Positions 1 to 8,398 of a stretch of DNA of 64,000 bases are shown here, piece by piece. The number at the start of each line of letters is the position of its first letter. Position 1 is the first letter of the stretch. The notes beneath the pieces were generated by a model. The model saw nothing but the letters and a program-made list of their open reading frames with translations. It ran no database searches and had not been told where the DNA came from. Location of the stretch: NCBI GenBank assembly GCA_964641775.1, contig CAZXLK010000001.1:144-64143 (forward strand), written 5' to 3'. The position numbers and the translations under genes are program-made. The stretch is from an uncultured bacterium (GTDB lineage: Bacteria; Chlamydiota; Chlamydiia; Chlamydiales; SM23-39).

Positions 1-234
1 ACTTCCCTCCGAAAGATCAATGCCGGTGACTTGATGTCCAATTTTAGCCATGGCATTGGTAAGCATTCCTCCGCCGCATCCAATATCTAAAAAAGAGATC
101 GCAGCAGGAAATTTAAGGTGCGTTTCTTCCACAATCCAAGGAATCCGAAGTCTATTTTCTGCCCGAAGAAGAGCAATCGGATGATCGCATGCAGTATACC
201 ACTCTAAAGAATCATAGAACTGGTTATTGATCAC
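1..234 (-). CDS. UbiG-like class I SAM-dependent O-methyltransferase, N-terminal part (gene runs off the left edge)
   Basis: My own minus-strand translation from GTG at 234 gives VINNQFYDSLEWYTACDHPIALLRAENRLRIPWIVEE..FLDIGCGGGMLTNAMAKIGHQVTGIDLSEGS. DIGCGGG is SAM motif I and the layout parallels UbiG. It is missing from the ORF track because it is truncated. Confidence 0.75.
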   Translation of the reverse strand, partial: MINNQFYDSLEWYTACDHPIALLRAENRLRIPWIVEETHLKFPAAISFLDIGCGGGMLTNAMAKIGHQVTGIDLSEGS

Positions 235-658
235 GGATCATATTCCAATAAATTATCTGATAACTCATGAAAAAAATAAGTAAAAAGCATTGCGCGATTA
301 GAAAAAAGGAAAAATGCGGCATCGCATACCAAATCCATCCCACTGACGCAAGAGCAATGGGGTGCAAAACAAAAAGAAGGGCATGAACCCAATGTTCGGT
401 AGCAGGGCAATGGTGTTTATGGACAAATTCATCTTTTGTCACCATGAGACAAGAGAGGATCGCAAGACCTAAGTAGACCCAAAGGGCATTTTTCGAATAG
501 GGGACTAAAAGGACAAAGGCCACACAAGCTAAAAAAGAGAGCGTATCGATGGGATGGCCGATTCTTTCCCAACGAGGAAGCCCTCTTTTTTGATGAAACC
601 AGATTTCATCAAAGGCCATTGCAACGGCTTGCAAAAAAAAGGGAATTAAAATCCACAT
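224..658 (-). CDS. small polytopic membrane protein with His-rich motifs (DEIWFH, DEFVHKHH, EHWVH); function unknown
   Basis: ORF 224..712. The likely start is MWILIPFF at 658, 2 nt after the PKS stop. It has about 4 hydrophobic segments and repeated DE-x-x-x-H motifs. Its end overlaps the methyltransferase start. Confidence 0.6.
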   Translation of the reverse strand: MWILIPFFLQAVAMAFDEIWFHQKRGLPRWERIGHPIDTLSFLACVAFVLLVPYSKNALWVYLGLAILSCLMVTKDEFVHKHHCPATEHWVHALLFVLHPIALASVGWIWYAMPHFSFFLIAQCFLLIFFMSYQIIYWNMIRDQ

Positions 659-659
659 C

Positions 660-1703
660 CTATCCAATCTCCATGATGGATCCAGTGATGGTAAGACCCG
701 GGCCAAATGCAAGACTCACAACCAAATCCCCCGTTTTTCCCTCTTTCAAAACCGCATCCCAAATGTGTGGAAGCGTTGCGGATGACATATTCCCATATTT
801 TTTCAAAATTGCAAAGCTTTGCGTCATTTGAGAATCTCTCAGTTTTAGCCATTCTTGGATATAATGTAAAATTTTCGGCCCTCCCGGATGGATTGCAAAA
901 TGGGCATTTTTCAAAATGGCCTTATCAACTTTTGCAGCTATACAAAGCTTTTTCAAATAACTCTCCAGGCTTTGTGCGATAAGAAGGGGAACTTTTTTTG
1001 AAAGAGTCATATGAAAGCTGTCGTTTGAGATAGACCAAGTCATCTCATCTTCAGAGTCAGGGATGATCTCTTCATGCATCCCAAGTATTTTAAAATGGGG
1101 CTCTTTTAAGCCATTTGTCATGCTATATTTGATAAATCCATCGGCAAATAAAGTTTGTGTGACAAGCTGAGCATTTCCATGTTCTTTTAAGTTTAAATGC
1201 AATGAACAAATTTCCGTATGGACAATATCAACTTGTTTTCTTCCACTATTTAAAAATCCCGTCCCCATTCGAATGGCAGGAAAAGATGCATAACAGCCCA
1301 TGTGATAGGCATGAGTCACTCTCGTCTCCCAACCTCTACTAGATACCACTTTTTGAGCCCCGCTTGGAGAGACGTATCCGGTGCAGCTCACATGAATCAA
1401 ATCATCAGGCCCATTTTTTTCAGAAAGGTAGTATTTCTCAAAAATAACACTTACTTCTTTCTCAAAGTGTTTGATCCGATCTGACAGCCCCCATTCCCGA
1501 TGCAAAAAATCCCTCAAGACATGTCCTCTTTTTGCAATGTGCTCAGGTTTGCATCCTACATGCAAAATCCTCTCTTTGATTTTCTCGCCATGAGCGGTGA
1601 TGAGCCATTCAAGGATGTTTTCCTGGCTTGTTTCAAATTGGGGACGGATCGGATGAAAGGCTGAAATGCAGGCCATTTCCTCACGTTTACATTTGTCGGA
1701 CAA
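660..1703 (-). CDS. type III polyketide synthase (chalcone/stilbene synthase family)
   Basis: 347 aa. The catalytic Cys lies in HVSCTGYVSPSG, the His in FAIHPGGPKIL and the Asn in YGNMSSATLPHI. Length is typical for the family. Confidence 0.9.
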   Translation of the reverse strand: MSDKCKREEMACISAFHPIRPQFETSQENILEWLITAHGEKIKERILHVGCKPEHIAKRGHVLRDFLHREWGLSDRIKHFEKEVSVIFEKYYLSEKNGPDDLIHVSCTGYVSPSGAQKVVSSRGWETRVTHAYHMGCYASFPAIRMGTGFLNSGRKQVDIVHTEICSLHLNLKEHGNAQLVTQTLFADGFIKYSMTNGLKEPHFKILGMHEEIIPDSEDEMTWSISNDSFHMTLSKKVPLLIAQSLESYLKKLCIAAKVDKAILKNAHFAIHPGGPKILHYIQEWLKLRDSQMTQSFAILKKYGNMSSATLPHIWDAVLKEGKTGDLVVSLAFGPGLTITGSIMEIG

Positions 1704-1728
1704 TAAAAAAAAGGGTAGTCTAATATTG

Positions 1729-1932
1729 ATGCGTAAAATCTTTTGGCTCGGTCTTTTTTTCGCAGGGTATGTCTGGATGGTCAGTACCGGAAACGAAGAT
1801 TTTGTCTTGGAAAAGGTAAGGGCCCTTTACAGACTTGTAGCCACATGGTTTGCAGATGCCGATGTTGATTTTCAAGTTAGACCAAAAAAAATTTTACATA
1901 AGAAAAAGGAGCGATCCCGAAGATGGGATTAA
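1729..1932 (+). CDS. small membrane-anchored hypothetical protein
   Basis: Internal start MRKIFWLGLFFAGYVWMV of ORF 1666..1932. It has a single N-terminal TM segment and a basic tail. Confidence 0.4.
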   Translation: MRKIFWLGLFFAGYVWMVSTGNEDFVLEKVRALYRLVATWFADADVDFQVRPKKILHKKKERSRRWD

Positions 1933-1983
1933 AAAATTAATTATTATAGTTTTTAAAGATAAATATCGTTAAAATGTATTGGT

Positions 1984-2859
1984 ATGACAATAAATCCAAA
2001 TCAATGGATCGATACCCAAAATCTTCTCGTCTTGCTTGCGCAAGCGCTATCTCCGACAATGCCTTTGGATTTGACCGCAAAAGCAGCGATTGCAAGCCAA
2101 GTCTTTACCAATTTTTACCGCCCTAGCCTAACCCGTCCTAAGTTTGAAGCCAAATTACTCCCCACCCTGCAAACAGCTGCGACCGAGATGGAGCGTTTGA
2201 TTGAAAATTATTCTTTACAAAGAGAGAGGCCCATGACCCCTCTTCCCAAAACGACTAAATCCCTCGAGATGTCCAATCAAAAAGCCCCTTCCCAAGAATT
2301 GCCAAAAAATTTTAGCACCGAACCCCGAGGGCTTTTGCAGCAAGTCAGAATCGCTATCGGCGAGCTAACCTCTTCTAAATACCAAGATCTTCCACCGTCT
2401 CTTCCTCTATCCATCCTTACCAAACTTAAACCGATGGTAGACTCTTATATCCAAAATCTTTCACAACAAAAGCAGATGCCGAAAACCGCCCAGGCAACTT
2501 CCTTAAAAAATCCGGTTCAAATCACAAATCCAACAAAAAAAAAGATCTTTCCTTTCTCCCCAAAAAACCAAGAAATCACGCCAAAAGAAGAACAAAAAAC
2601 AACCCCAAAAACCCTGCCTGAGCAGTCATTTACCCGCCCTATCCTAAAAGAAAAAAAACAGCCCCTGCCCGACCTAAAATTTATCCCTGCATCAACCCCT
2701 CAAAACCCCAAACTCCCGGCCCCAGACGTCAAACCCATCATTCCTTTCCCTACTGTCTACCCACTTCCTACATCTCTTACCAAAAAGAAAAAGCGCAAAC
2801 GGTACTTCTTCAAAGACGGTGACGAAGAAGAAGATAATGAAAAAAATCAAAAAGATTAA
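1984..2859 (+). CDS. Pro/Lys/Gln-rich low-complexity hypothetical protein with C-terminal KKKKRKR basic patch
   Basis: 291-aa ORF with no competing ORF. It shows compositional bias and no recognisable enzymatic motif. Confidence 0.55.
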   Translation: MTINPNQWIDTQNLLVLLAQALSPTMPLDLTAKAAIASQVFTNFYRPSLTRPKFEAKLLPTLQTAATEMERLIENYSLQRERPMTPLPKTTKSLEMSNQKAPSQELPKNFSTEPRGLLQQVRIAIGELTSSKYQDLPPSLPLSILTKLKPMVDSYIQNLSQQKQMPKTAQATSLKNPVQITNPTKKKIFPFSPKNQEITPKEEQKTTPKTLPEQSFTRPILKEKKQPLPDLKFIPASTPQNPKLPAPDVKPIIPFPTVYPLPTSLTKKKKRKRYFFKDGDEEEDNEKNQKD

Positions 2860-2945
2860 AACTCCCTTGACACTCACTTAAAAGACCCCTTCTTGACATC
2901 GGGGTTGATTTGGGGTATGGGCTGAAAGAAAAGGAGCCTTATCCC

Positions 2946-3566
2946 ATGCCTAATGCCTATTGGATCTTGATTATGAGCAGCTTACTTTTGGGATGCATGC
3001 CAAATATGGGCTTAAGCACTGCAGCTGCTTCGGAGGTGAATGTGGCCAATCTTTCTCGAATCCAGCGGGGGATGACAGAGTGGGAAGTTCGAAAAATCAT
3101 GAGAAAGCCTTATGAGGAAACGGTCATCGTTTGGGACAAAGCGACTTACGACATCTGGTTTTATGTGACCAATCCTGTAGTCATGGGTCAAAGCAAAATG
3201 GAGCCTTTGAATCTCACTCCTTTAACCTTCAAAAATGGCATTTTGATAGGCACAGGATACCTCTATTATAATTTCTTGAAAAAGCAGCTAATGGAAGCGG
3301 AAACTATCCGACAAGAGCCTAAAGAGCTGGAAGATACCGATTTAGAAAAAACTCTTTGCTTTTCGCATCGCGATAGAGACGATGAGTATGGAAGAAGGCG
3401 CCATCATGGTGAAGACAATAAAAGAGAGCGCCGGGACGAGGATGAAGAGAGGCGCTATGAACAAGAAGATCGGAGGCGTACTGAATATCGGGAAGGCTAT
3501 CGGATGAATGAAGATGACGATGAAATGCTGGATCTTGAGCGCCAGCAGGACTTCGACCAGACCTAA
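2946..3566 (+). CDS. BamE/SmpA-OmlA-like lipoprotein with long Arg/Asp/Glu-rich C-terminal tail
   Basis: The internal start MPNAYWILIMSSLLLGC supplies a lipobox. LSRIQRGMTEWEVRKIMRKPY resembles the SmpA_OmlA fold start. The tail reads RDRDDEYGRRRHHGEDNKRERRDEDEERRYEQEDRRR. Confidence 0.6.
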   Translation: MPNAYWILIMSSLLLGCMPNMGLSTAAASEVNVANLSRIQRGMTEWEVRKIMRKPYEETVIVWDKATYDIWFYVTNPVVMGQSKMEPLNLTPLTFKNGILIGTGYLYYNFLKKQLMEAETIRQEPKELEDTDLEKTLCFSHRDRDDEYGRRRHHGEDNKRERRDEDEERRYEQEDRRRTEYREGYRMNEDDDEMLDLERQQDFDQT

Positions 3567-3619
3567 AGTATTTATTATATTGATTATTAATAGTTTGTGC
3601 ATTAAAATCATGCGCAAAC

Positions 3620-4291
3620 ATGAAAGAAATTTTATATAAATTAAAAAACATCAAATTTTCCTATAAGCTTGGAAAGGAAAAAGTCCCTGCAATCCGATCG
3701 ATGGATCTAGAAATCCCGGCATCGACGGTCATTGCAATTTCAGGCCCTTCAGGATCAGGCAAATCGACCCTTCTCAATCTTCTTGGCTTGATAGAGCCGG
3801 TCCAAGAGGGGAGTCTACAATTATTAGGGGAAGAGATCCGGGAGATAGGGGAGAAGAGAAAAAATGAAATCAGGAAAAACGAGATCGGCTTCATTTTCCA
3901 GCAATTCCATCTGATTCCGATTTTATCTGCAAAAGAAAATGTCCGCTATTTTCTCGCCAAACAAAACCTTTCCAAACATGAAATTGCCAAAAGGACTCAT
4001 GACGCCCTAAAGCTCGTTGGACTTTGGGAACACAGGAAAAAAAAGCCATCCCAGCTGAGCGGCGGTCAAAAACAGCGCGTTGCAATTGCCCGTGCAATTG
4101 CCAAAAAGCCGCGCGTTATCATTGCCGATGAGCCGACAGCTAGCCTGGATCAAAAGACGGGAAGAGAAATTATGGAACTTCTTACAAAAATGGGCTGTTC
4201 GGTGATTATAACAACTCACGATCCCATGGTCTTATCCTTTGCAAATATCCACTACCATCTTGTCGATGGGATGATTGAAGGAGATAAATAA
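3620..4291 (+). CDS. ABC transporter ATP-binding protein (LolD/MacB-type)
   Basis: Walker A GPSGSGKST, signature LSGGQKQRVAIARA and Walker B VIIADEPT are all present. Confidence 0.9.
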   Translation: MKEILYKLKNIKFSYKLGKEKVPAIRSMDLEIPASTVIAISGPSGSGKSTLLNLLGLIEPVQEGSLQLLGEEIREIGEKRKNEIRKNEIGFIFQQFHLIPILSAKENVRYFLAKQNLSKHEIAKRTHDALKLVGLWEHRKKKPSQLSGGQKQRVAIARAIAKKPRVIIADEPTASLDQKTGREIMELLTKMGCSVIITTHDPMVLSFANIHYHLVDGMIEGDK

Positions 4292-4292
4292 G

Positions 4293-5495
4293 ATGTGGCT
4301 ACTCATTGCATTTCGTAATCTTTTCCGAAATATCCGAAGAACTATTGCCGTCGTCTTGACTGTGGCCATTGGCTCAGGCGCCCTTTTTGCATTTGCCGGA
4401 TTTATTGAAGGGATAGGCAATGACTTTCGAGAAACGACTATCCATTCCCATTATGGCTATGGCCAGATTCATACAAAAGGCTACCGCGATAAAGTCTTTG
4501 AAGACCCGAAGAAACATTGGATTACCGACTGGGGATATCTCTCTCTTTTTCTAACCGGCAGAAGCGAAGTCAAAGAGGTCTTTCCCCGAGTCTCTTTTTC
4601 TGCTCTTTTGAAAAAAGGCAATATTACCTTAAGCGGACATGGAGAGGGGATAGATGGAAAGAGGGAAGCCGGCTTTTTCACATCCATGAATATTGTGGAA
4701 GGGGAGATGCTGGAAAGCCAGCCAAAAGGGATCATTTTGGGCAAAGGGTTAGCTGACGGCCTCAAGCTGCATGTTGGAGATACCGTTAAAATCTTTACCA
4801 CTACTAAAAGCCGCATTAGCGAAGGCAATTTCAATGTTGTAGGAATCTTCCATACGGGAAATGCCAGCTATGATAAATCGATCTTTCGGATCCAGCTCAA
4901 AGATGCCCAAGATCTTCTCAAAACCTCTAATATTGAAACAGTTTCACTCGGTCTCTATCAACTTTCCGATTGGCAAACACTTGCGACAGCCATCCATGAG
5001 CACTTTCCTCATTTAGAGGCAACCGCCTTTGACGAGCTCGATAAAATCTATTATAAGCATTCGATGGACTGGCTCCATGCGCAATTTGGCATTGTATTAG
5101 TCATCATCCTTGGCATCGTTATTTTGGGCATTTTCAATACCGTTTCTGCCTCGATTCTCGAAAGAAAACAAGAAATCGGCAACCTAAGGGCAAATGGTGA
5201 TTCTGTCCTCGATATCATGCGGCTCATCGTTGCAGAAGGGGCCGTCCTCTCCTTTTTTGGAAGCCTTTTAGGCATTGCTCTGACCTATGCAGTGCTTAAA
5301 GGCTTTGTCGACAAAGGCCTCCTCATGCCACCAGGCCCCGGCCAAACCAAACAATCCTTTGTTTCCTTTTCCTTTACTTGGGTCATGCTTTTAAAAACGG
5401 TTTCCTACAGCACACTCGCTGCCATCATCGCCTCATTCTTAGCTGGGCTGAAAGTGGCCAGAATGCCCATCTCAAAGGCACTTAGATCAAATTAG
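4293..5495 (+). CDS. ABC transporter permease, FtsX/MacB/LolCE-like
   Basis: Starts MWLLIAFRNLFRNIRRT, 1 nt after the ATPase stop. It has an N-terminal TM segment, a large periplasmic domain and a C-terminal FtsX-like 3-TM bundle. Confidence 0.85.
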   Translation: MWLLIAFRNLFRNIRRTIAVVLTVAIGSGALFAFAGFIEGIGNDFRETTIHSHYGYGQIHTKGYRDKVFEDPKKHWITDWGYLSLFLTGRSEVKEVFPRVSFSALLKKGNITLSGHGEGIDGKREAGFFTSMNIVEGEMLESQPKGIILGKGLADGLKLHVGDTVKIFTTTKSRISEGNFNVVGIFHTGNASYDKSIFRIQLKDAQDLLKTSNIETVSLGLYQLSDWQTLATAIHEHFPHLEATAFDELDKIYYKHSMDWLHAQFGIVLVIILGIVILGIFNTVSASILERKQEIGNLRANGDSVLDIMRLIVAEGAVLSFFGSLLGIALTYAVLKGFVDKGLLMPPGPGQTKQSFVSFSFTWVMLLKTVSYSTLAAIIASFLAGLKVARMPISKALRSN

Positions 5496-5505
5496 AAGAA
5501 GAAGT

Positions 5506-5577
5506 CACCACAGAGATAGATACCACAGAGAAAAAAAGAAATTTTATTCATCCCTCTGTGGTGTCTATCTTTGTGGT
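5506..5577. repeat. REP-like palindromic element (CACCACAGAGATAGATACCACAGAGAAAAAAA ... CCTCTGTGGTGTCTATCTTTGTGG)
   Basis: The inverted arms were read directly. The element lies between convergent genes and overlaps the 3' end of the MscS gene (stop at 5565). Related copies occur at 15798-15930 and 19562-19633. Confidence 0.8.
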
Positions 5578-6620
5578 AAAAAAGCTAGTTCACGAACTTG
5601 GATATTACGACGTTGCATAATGTCGCAGATTTGGATCAGGATATTTTGCTTGATTGCCATGTAATCGCCATATTGCGTGGTTTTGGTATAGCCCCGTATT
5701 TCTAATTCAATGGCCGATTCGCTAAATTGTAAAATATGTACAAAAATGGGTTGCCTGGTATCGATATCTTTGTGAGATGCAAAAAGCTCGCGAATTTCTT
5801 CAGTCAAACCGACAATCTCAGAAAAATCGCTATAGCGAAGGAGAAGCTTTTCATTGATATGTCTATGGGACATTCTGGATGCATTGATGACAAGCTCATT
5901 CGTGAAGACTGCATTGGGAATATAATGGGGCTGCATGGAAGGATCGCGAAGCGTCGTAAAATACCAGCCAATTTTTTCTACAGAGCCTGCTAATTTTTTC
6001 TGTGGAAGCTCAATTATGTCATTGACTATGAATGGGCGGGAAAGATTGATCGTCATTCCGCCAAAAAAGTTAGCAATCATGTCTTTGCTTGCAAATCCAA
6101 CAGCCGCTGCCCCAATTCCTCCAAATGCCAGTAATGGAGCAATATTGAGCCCGAAATTTTGCAGCAAAGCAAGGGCTGAGAGTATAAGTACCCCAATCGT
6201 ATAAATCTTGCCAAAAAACTCAATCGATGCCGGATCTAAGGTCTTTCTCCCCGCCTGTCTTTTTGCAGCTACAGCTTTTTCAAAAAGGCTTTTCCAGCGG
6301 AAGAAAAACCAGGTCACACAGATCACGACCCCGGCATTCCTCATTGAGGCCGGATCAATCATAAGCCGATTCAGCTGAAATTCCCTTGCTGCCAAATCGA
6401 TCGCAAAGGCAATGAAAAGGATCCATAAAAGGGTCTTCAAAGGGGCTAAAATGGCAAAGTCAAGGTTATAGCGCCAATCGCTTTGATGGTCGGCATAAAG
6501 CCTTTTAAACCGATCACAAACCTTTCTCAAAAAATAATTACTACTGAAGATCAATCCCAAGAAAAGCACCAGCTCGAAAAGCCAGGCAAATTCTACCCAA
6601 ACACTTGCTAAAATAGTCAT
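5565..6620 (-). CDS. mechanosensitive ion channel, MscS family
   Basis: 351 aa with N-terminal TM helices and the MscS core motif FFGGMTINLSRPFIVNDIIE. Confidence 0.85.
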   Translation of the reverse strand: MTILASVWVEFAWLFELVLFLGLIFSSNYFLRKVCDRFKRLYADHQSDWRYNLDFAILAPLKTLLWILFIAFAIDLAAREFQLNRLMIDPASMRNAGVVICVTWFFFRWKSLFEKAVAAKRQAGRKTLDPASIEFFGKIYTIGVLILSALALLQNFGLNIAPLLAFGGIGAAAVGFASKDMIANFFGGMTINLSRPFIVNDIIELPQKKLAGSVEKIGWYFTTLRDPSMQPHYIPNAVFTNELVINASRMSHRHINEKLLLRYSDFSEIVGLTEEIRELFASHKDIDTRQPIFVHILQFSESAIELEIRGYTKTTQYGDYMAIKQNILIQICDIMQRRNIQVRELAFLPQR

Positions 6621-6721
6621 GCCAACTATCTTAAAATCTCAAGCCAAAATTATCAACCCATTTAGCAAATAAAATCATACAGGGGAGGGGTCCCCTCCGC
6701 CCATCCCTAACGTCTGATAAT

Positions 6722-6760
6722 ACATGTTATGTTAATTAGTGGACTAATTAACATAACATG
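6722..6760. repeat. perfect 18-19 bp palindrome ACATGTTATGTTAATTAGT-GG-ACTAATTAACATAACATG
   Basis: Read directly. It is intergenic, downstream of the 498-aa gene and upstream of the MscS gene. Confidence 0.7.
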
Positions 6761-6785
6761 GCGTCCCCTATCAAGTTCTGGGAAA

Positions 6786-8282
6786 TTAAAATGTATAAAA
6801 GCCTTTAAATGAAACATCTAAAGGATAAGGTTTAAATTCTTCTCTCCAAAGGTCTTTGGTTTGAGGACGAGCAAGACTCTTAGGCTCTTCAAATAACCCC
6901 TCTCCACCCTCATTAGAGTTTGAAAGAAGCTTGTTTAAGAGCGGTTCTGCTCTTGCAGCAGCTTTAGCTTCTCTAGAAATTAGATATAGCCTTTCTACTA
7001 GCCAAGACTTTGCAAGGCTTATATCTCTTAATGCATGCTGAAAATATCTTTTTTCATCACTATTTTCATTAAGATAGTAAGAAGGATTTCCCGGCACCGA
7101 TTTAAATATTTCTTCAAGATCATTAAGTCCTTCTAACGCATCGATTACTTGTTCTAGATTCATCTTTTTAACACTTGCTTCATGTTCAGGCAAAAAGCCA
7201 ATTCCTAAATTTGAAAATTCAGGAAAATCTAGAAGAAAGCCATCAAAATGATATTGCAAATTTGCTTGGGCTCTTTGGATCATGAGACGACGTTCATGTC
7301 CTTCAACTTCTTTTTTATAACCGCGAATCTCACGTAGCCTATTATTCAGTTTTTCAGCTAGGTCAATCTGGTCATGATCAGCATGTCTTAAAGAGGTAAT
7401 GTGCTTTAATTGACTGCGAAGTTCAGATTCGATTTTTGCATTTCTTCTAGCAAGACATGAAAACAGATGTTTTTTATTAAAACTCTCAACAAGTTCATCA
7501 TCAAGAGAATAAACTTTTGATACTATTCTATTATCATTTTCTTTATTTAAAGACTCTTCCTTTAATGTAAAAACTGTTTGAAGATCATCTTGTTCTTCTA
7601 AATTTTTTACCATCGTTTTTAAGTCTTCAAATCTAGCTTGGTCCTCCCGAGTGAGTTCCGATTTTATTGATTTCAATCTCAAATTCAAATATTTATCCCT
7701 AGCTGCTTGATCATCAAGTAATTCTACAACCTTTTGAATATCATTAGATAAAATGAGTAACCTCATTTCCTTAAGAGCTTCCCAAGTCATTGGACTCATT
7801 TGTTTACATAATTCCGAAAGGGCATCTTTTGCTTTTTCGATTTCGCTATCAGTCATCAAAAAAACATCTTCAGCATTAATTGAGTCAATGCCAATTTTCG
7901 CAAGTTCTGGAAATTCCTTTCGGATAGATAAAAGTTGCTTTATGATCCGCATTTTTGGCTGTTCATGAACCAGACGATCTGAGATATCTCTATATTCTGG
8001 AGAATCATGGATTATGCCCAATTTATAATAGGCTACTGCAAGTAACTCTACCCTATGCTTTTCCCATTTAGCAAAGTCTGCAAGATTCTTTTCATCACGA
8101 ATAGGCGGGTAATCCTTTAAAATCCGTTCGGCAACCCTTTTGCATTTTATATCTTCTGGAAGGTTAAGACCTATAACGATATCCCAAATCCATTCAAAGA
8201 TAGACAAATCTTTTCTAAATAGGTCTTTAAAAACTTGGGCAGAATCTACTTGATCTACTGTAGGAATTATATTTAAATCCAT
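6786..8282 (-). CDS. hypothetical protein, predicted largely helical/coiled-coil, no recognisable domain
   Basis: Long uninterrupted 498-aa ORF in an AT-rich stretch. It is Glu/Lys/Leu-rich with heptad-like regions. Confidence 0.6.
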   Translation of the reverse strand: MDLNIIPTVDQVDSAQVFKDLFRKDLSIFEWIWDIVIGLNLPEDIKCKRVAERILKDYPPIRDEKNLADFAKWEKHRVELLAVAYYKLGIIHDSPEYRDISDRLVHEQPKMRIIKQLLSIRKEFPELAKIGIDSINAEDVFLMTDSEIEKAKDALSELCKQMSPMTWEALKEMRLLILSNDIQKVVELLDDQAARDKYLNLRLKSIKSELTREDQARFEDLKTMVKNLEEQDDLQTVFTLKEESLNKENDNRIVSKVYSLDDELVESFNKKHLFSCLARRNAKIESELRSQLKHITSLRHADHDQIDLAEKLNNRLREIRGYKKEVEGHERRLMIQRAQANLQYHFDGFLLDFPEFSNLGIGFLPEHEASVKKMNLEQVIDALEGLNDLEEIFKSVPGNPSYYLNENSDEKRYFQHALRDISLAKSWLVERLYLISREAKAAARAEPLLNKLLSNSNEGGEGLFEEPKSLARPQTKDLWREEFKPYPLDVSFKGFYTF

Positions 8283-8398
8283 AATAATTATCCTTTTTAT
8301 TGATTTTATTTAAAATGATTATAACATTATTCGGTAATTTTTAAAAGAAATAATTAACATTATCCACTTATAATCAGAGATTTATAATCTGCTAATAT

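Noticed and set aside
619-982. Plus-strand ORFs 619..831 and 707..982 and minus ORF 646..852 at the PKS 3' end
   Set aside because: All lie inside or antisense to the well-supported type III PKS gene and are treated as noise. The same reasoning applies to the many other short antisense ORFs in the track within cyoB, the aconitase gene, dnaN, prfC and others.
2692-2877. 61-aa minus-strand ORF rich in Phe/Ile antisense to the 3' end of the Pro/Lys-rich gene
   Set aside because: It is the complement of an A-rich, Lys-coding stretch and has no independent support.
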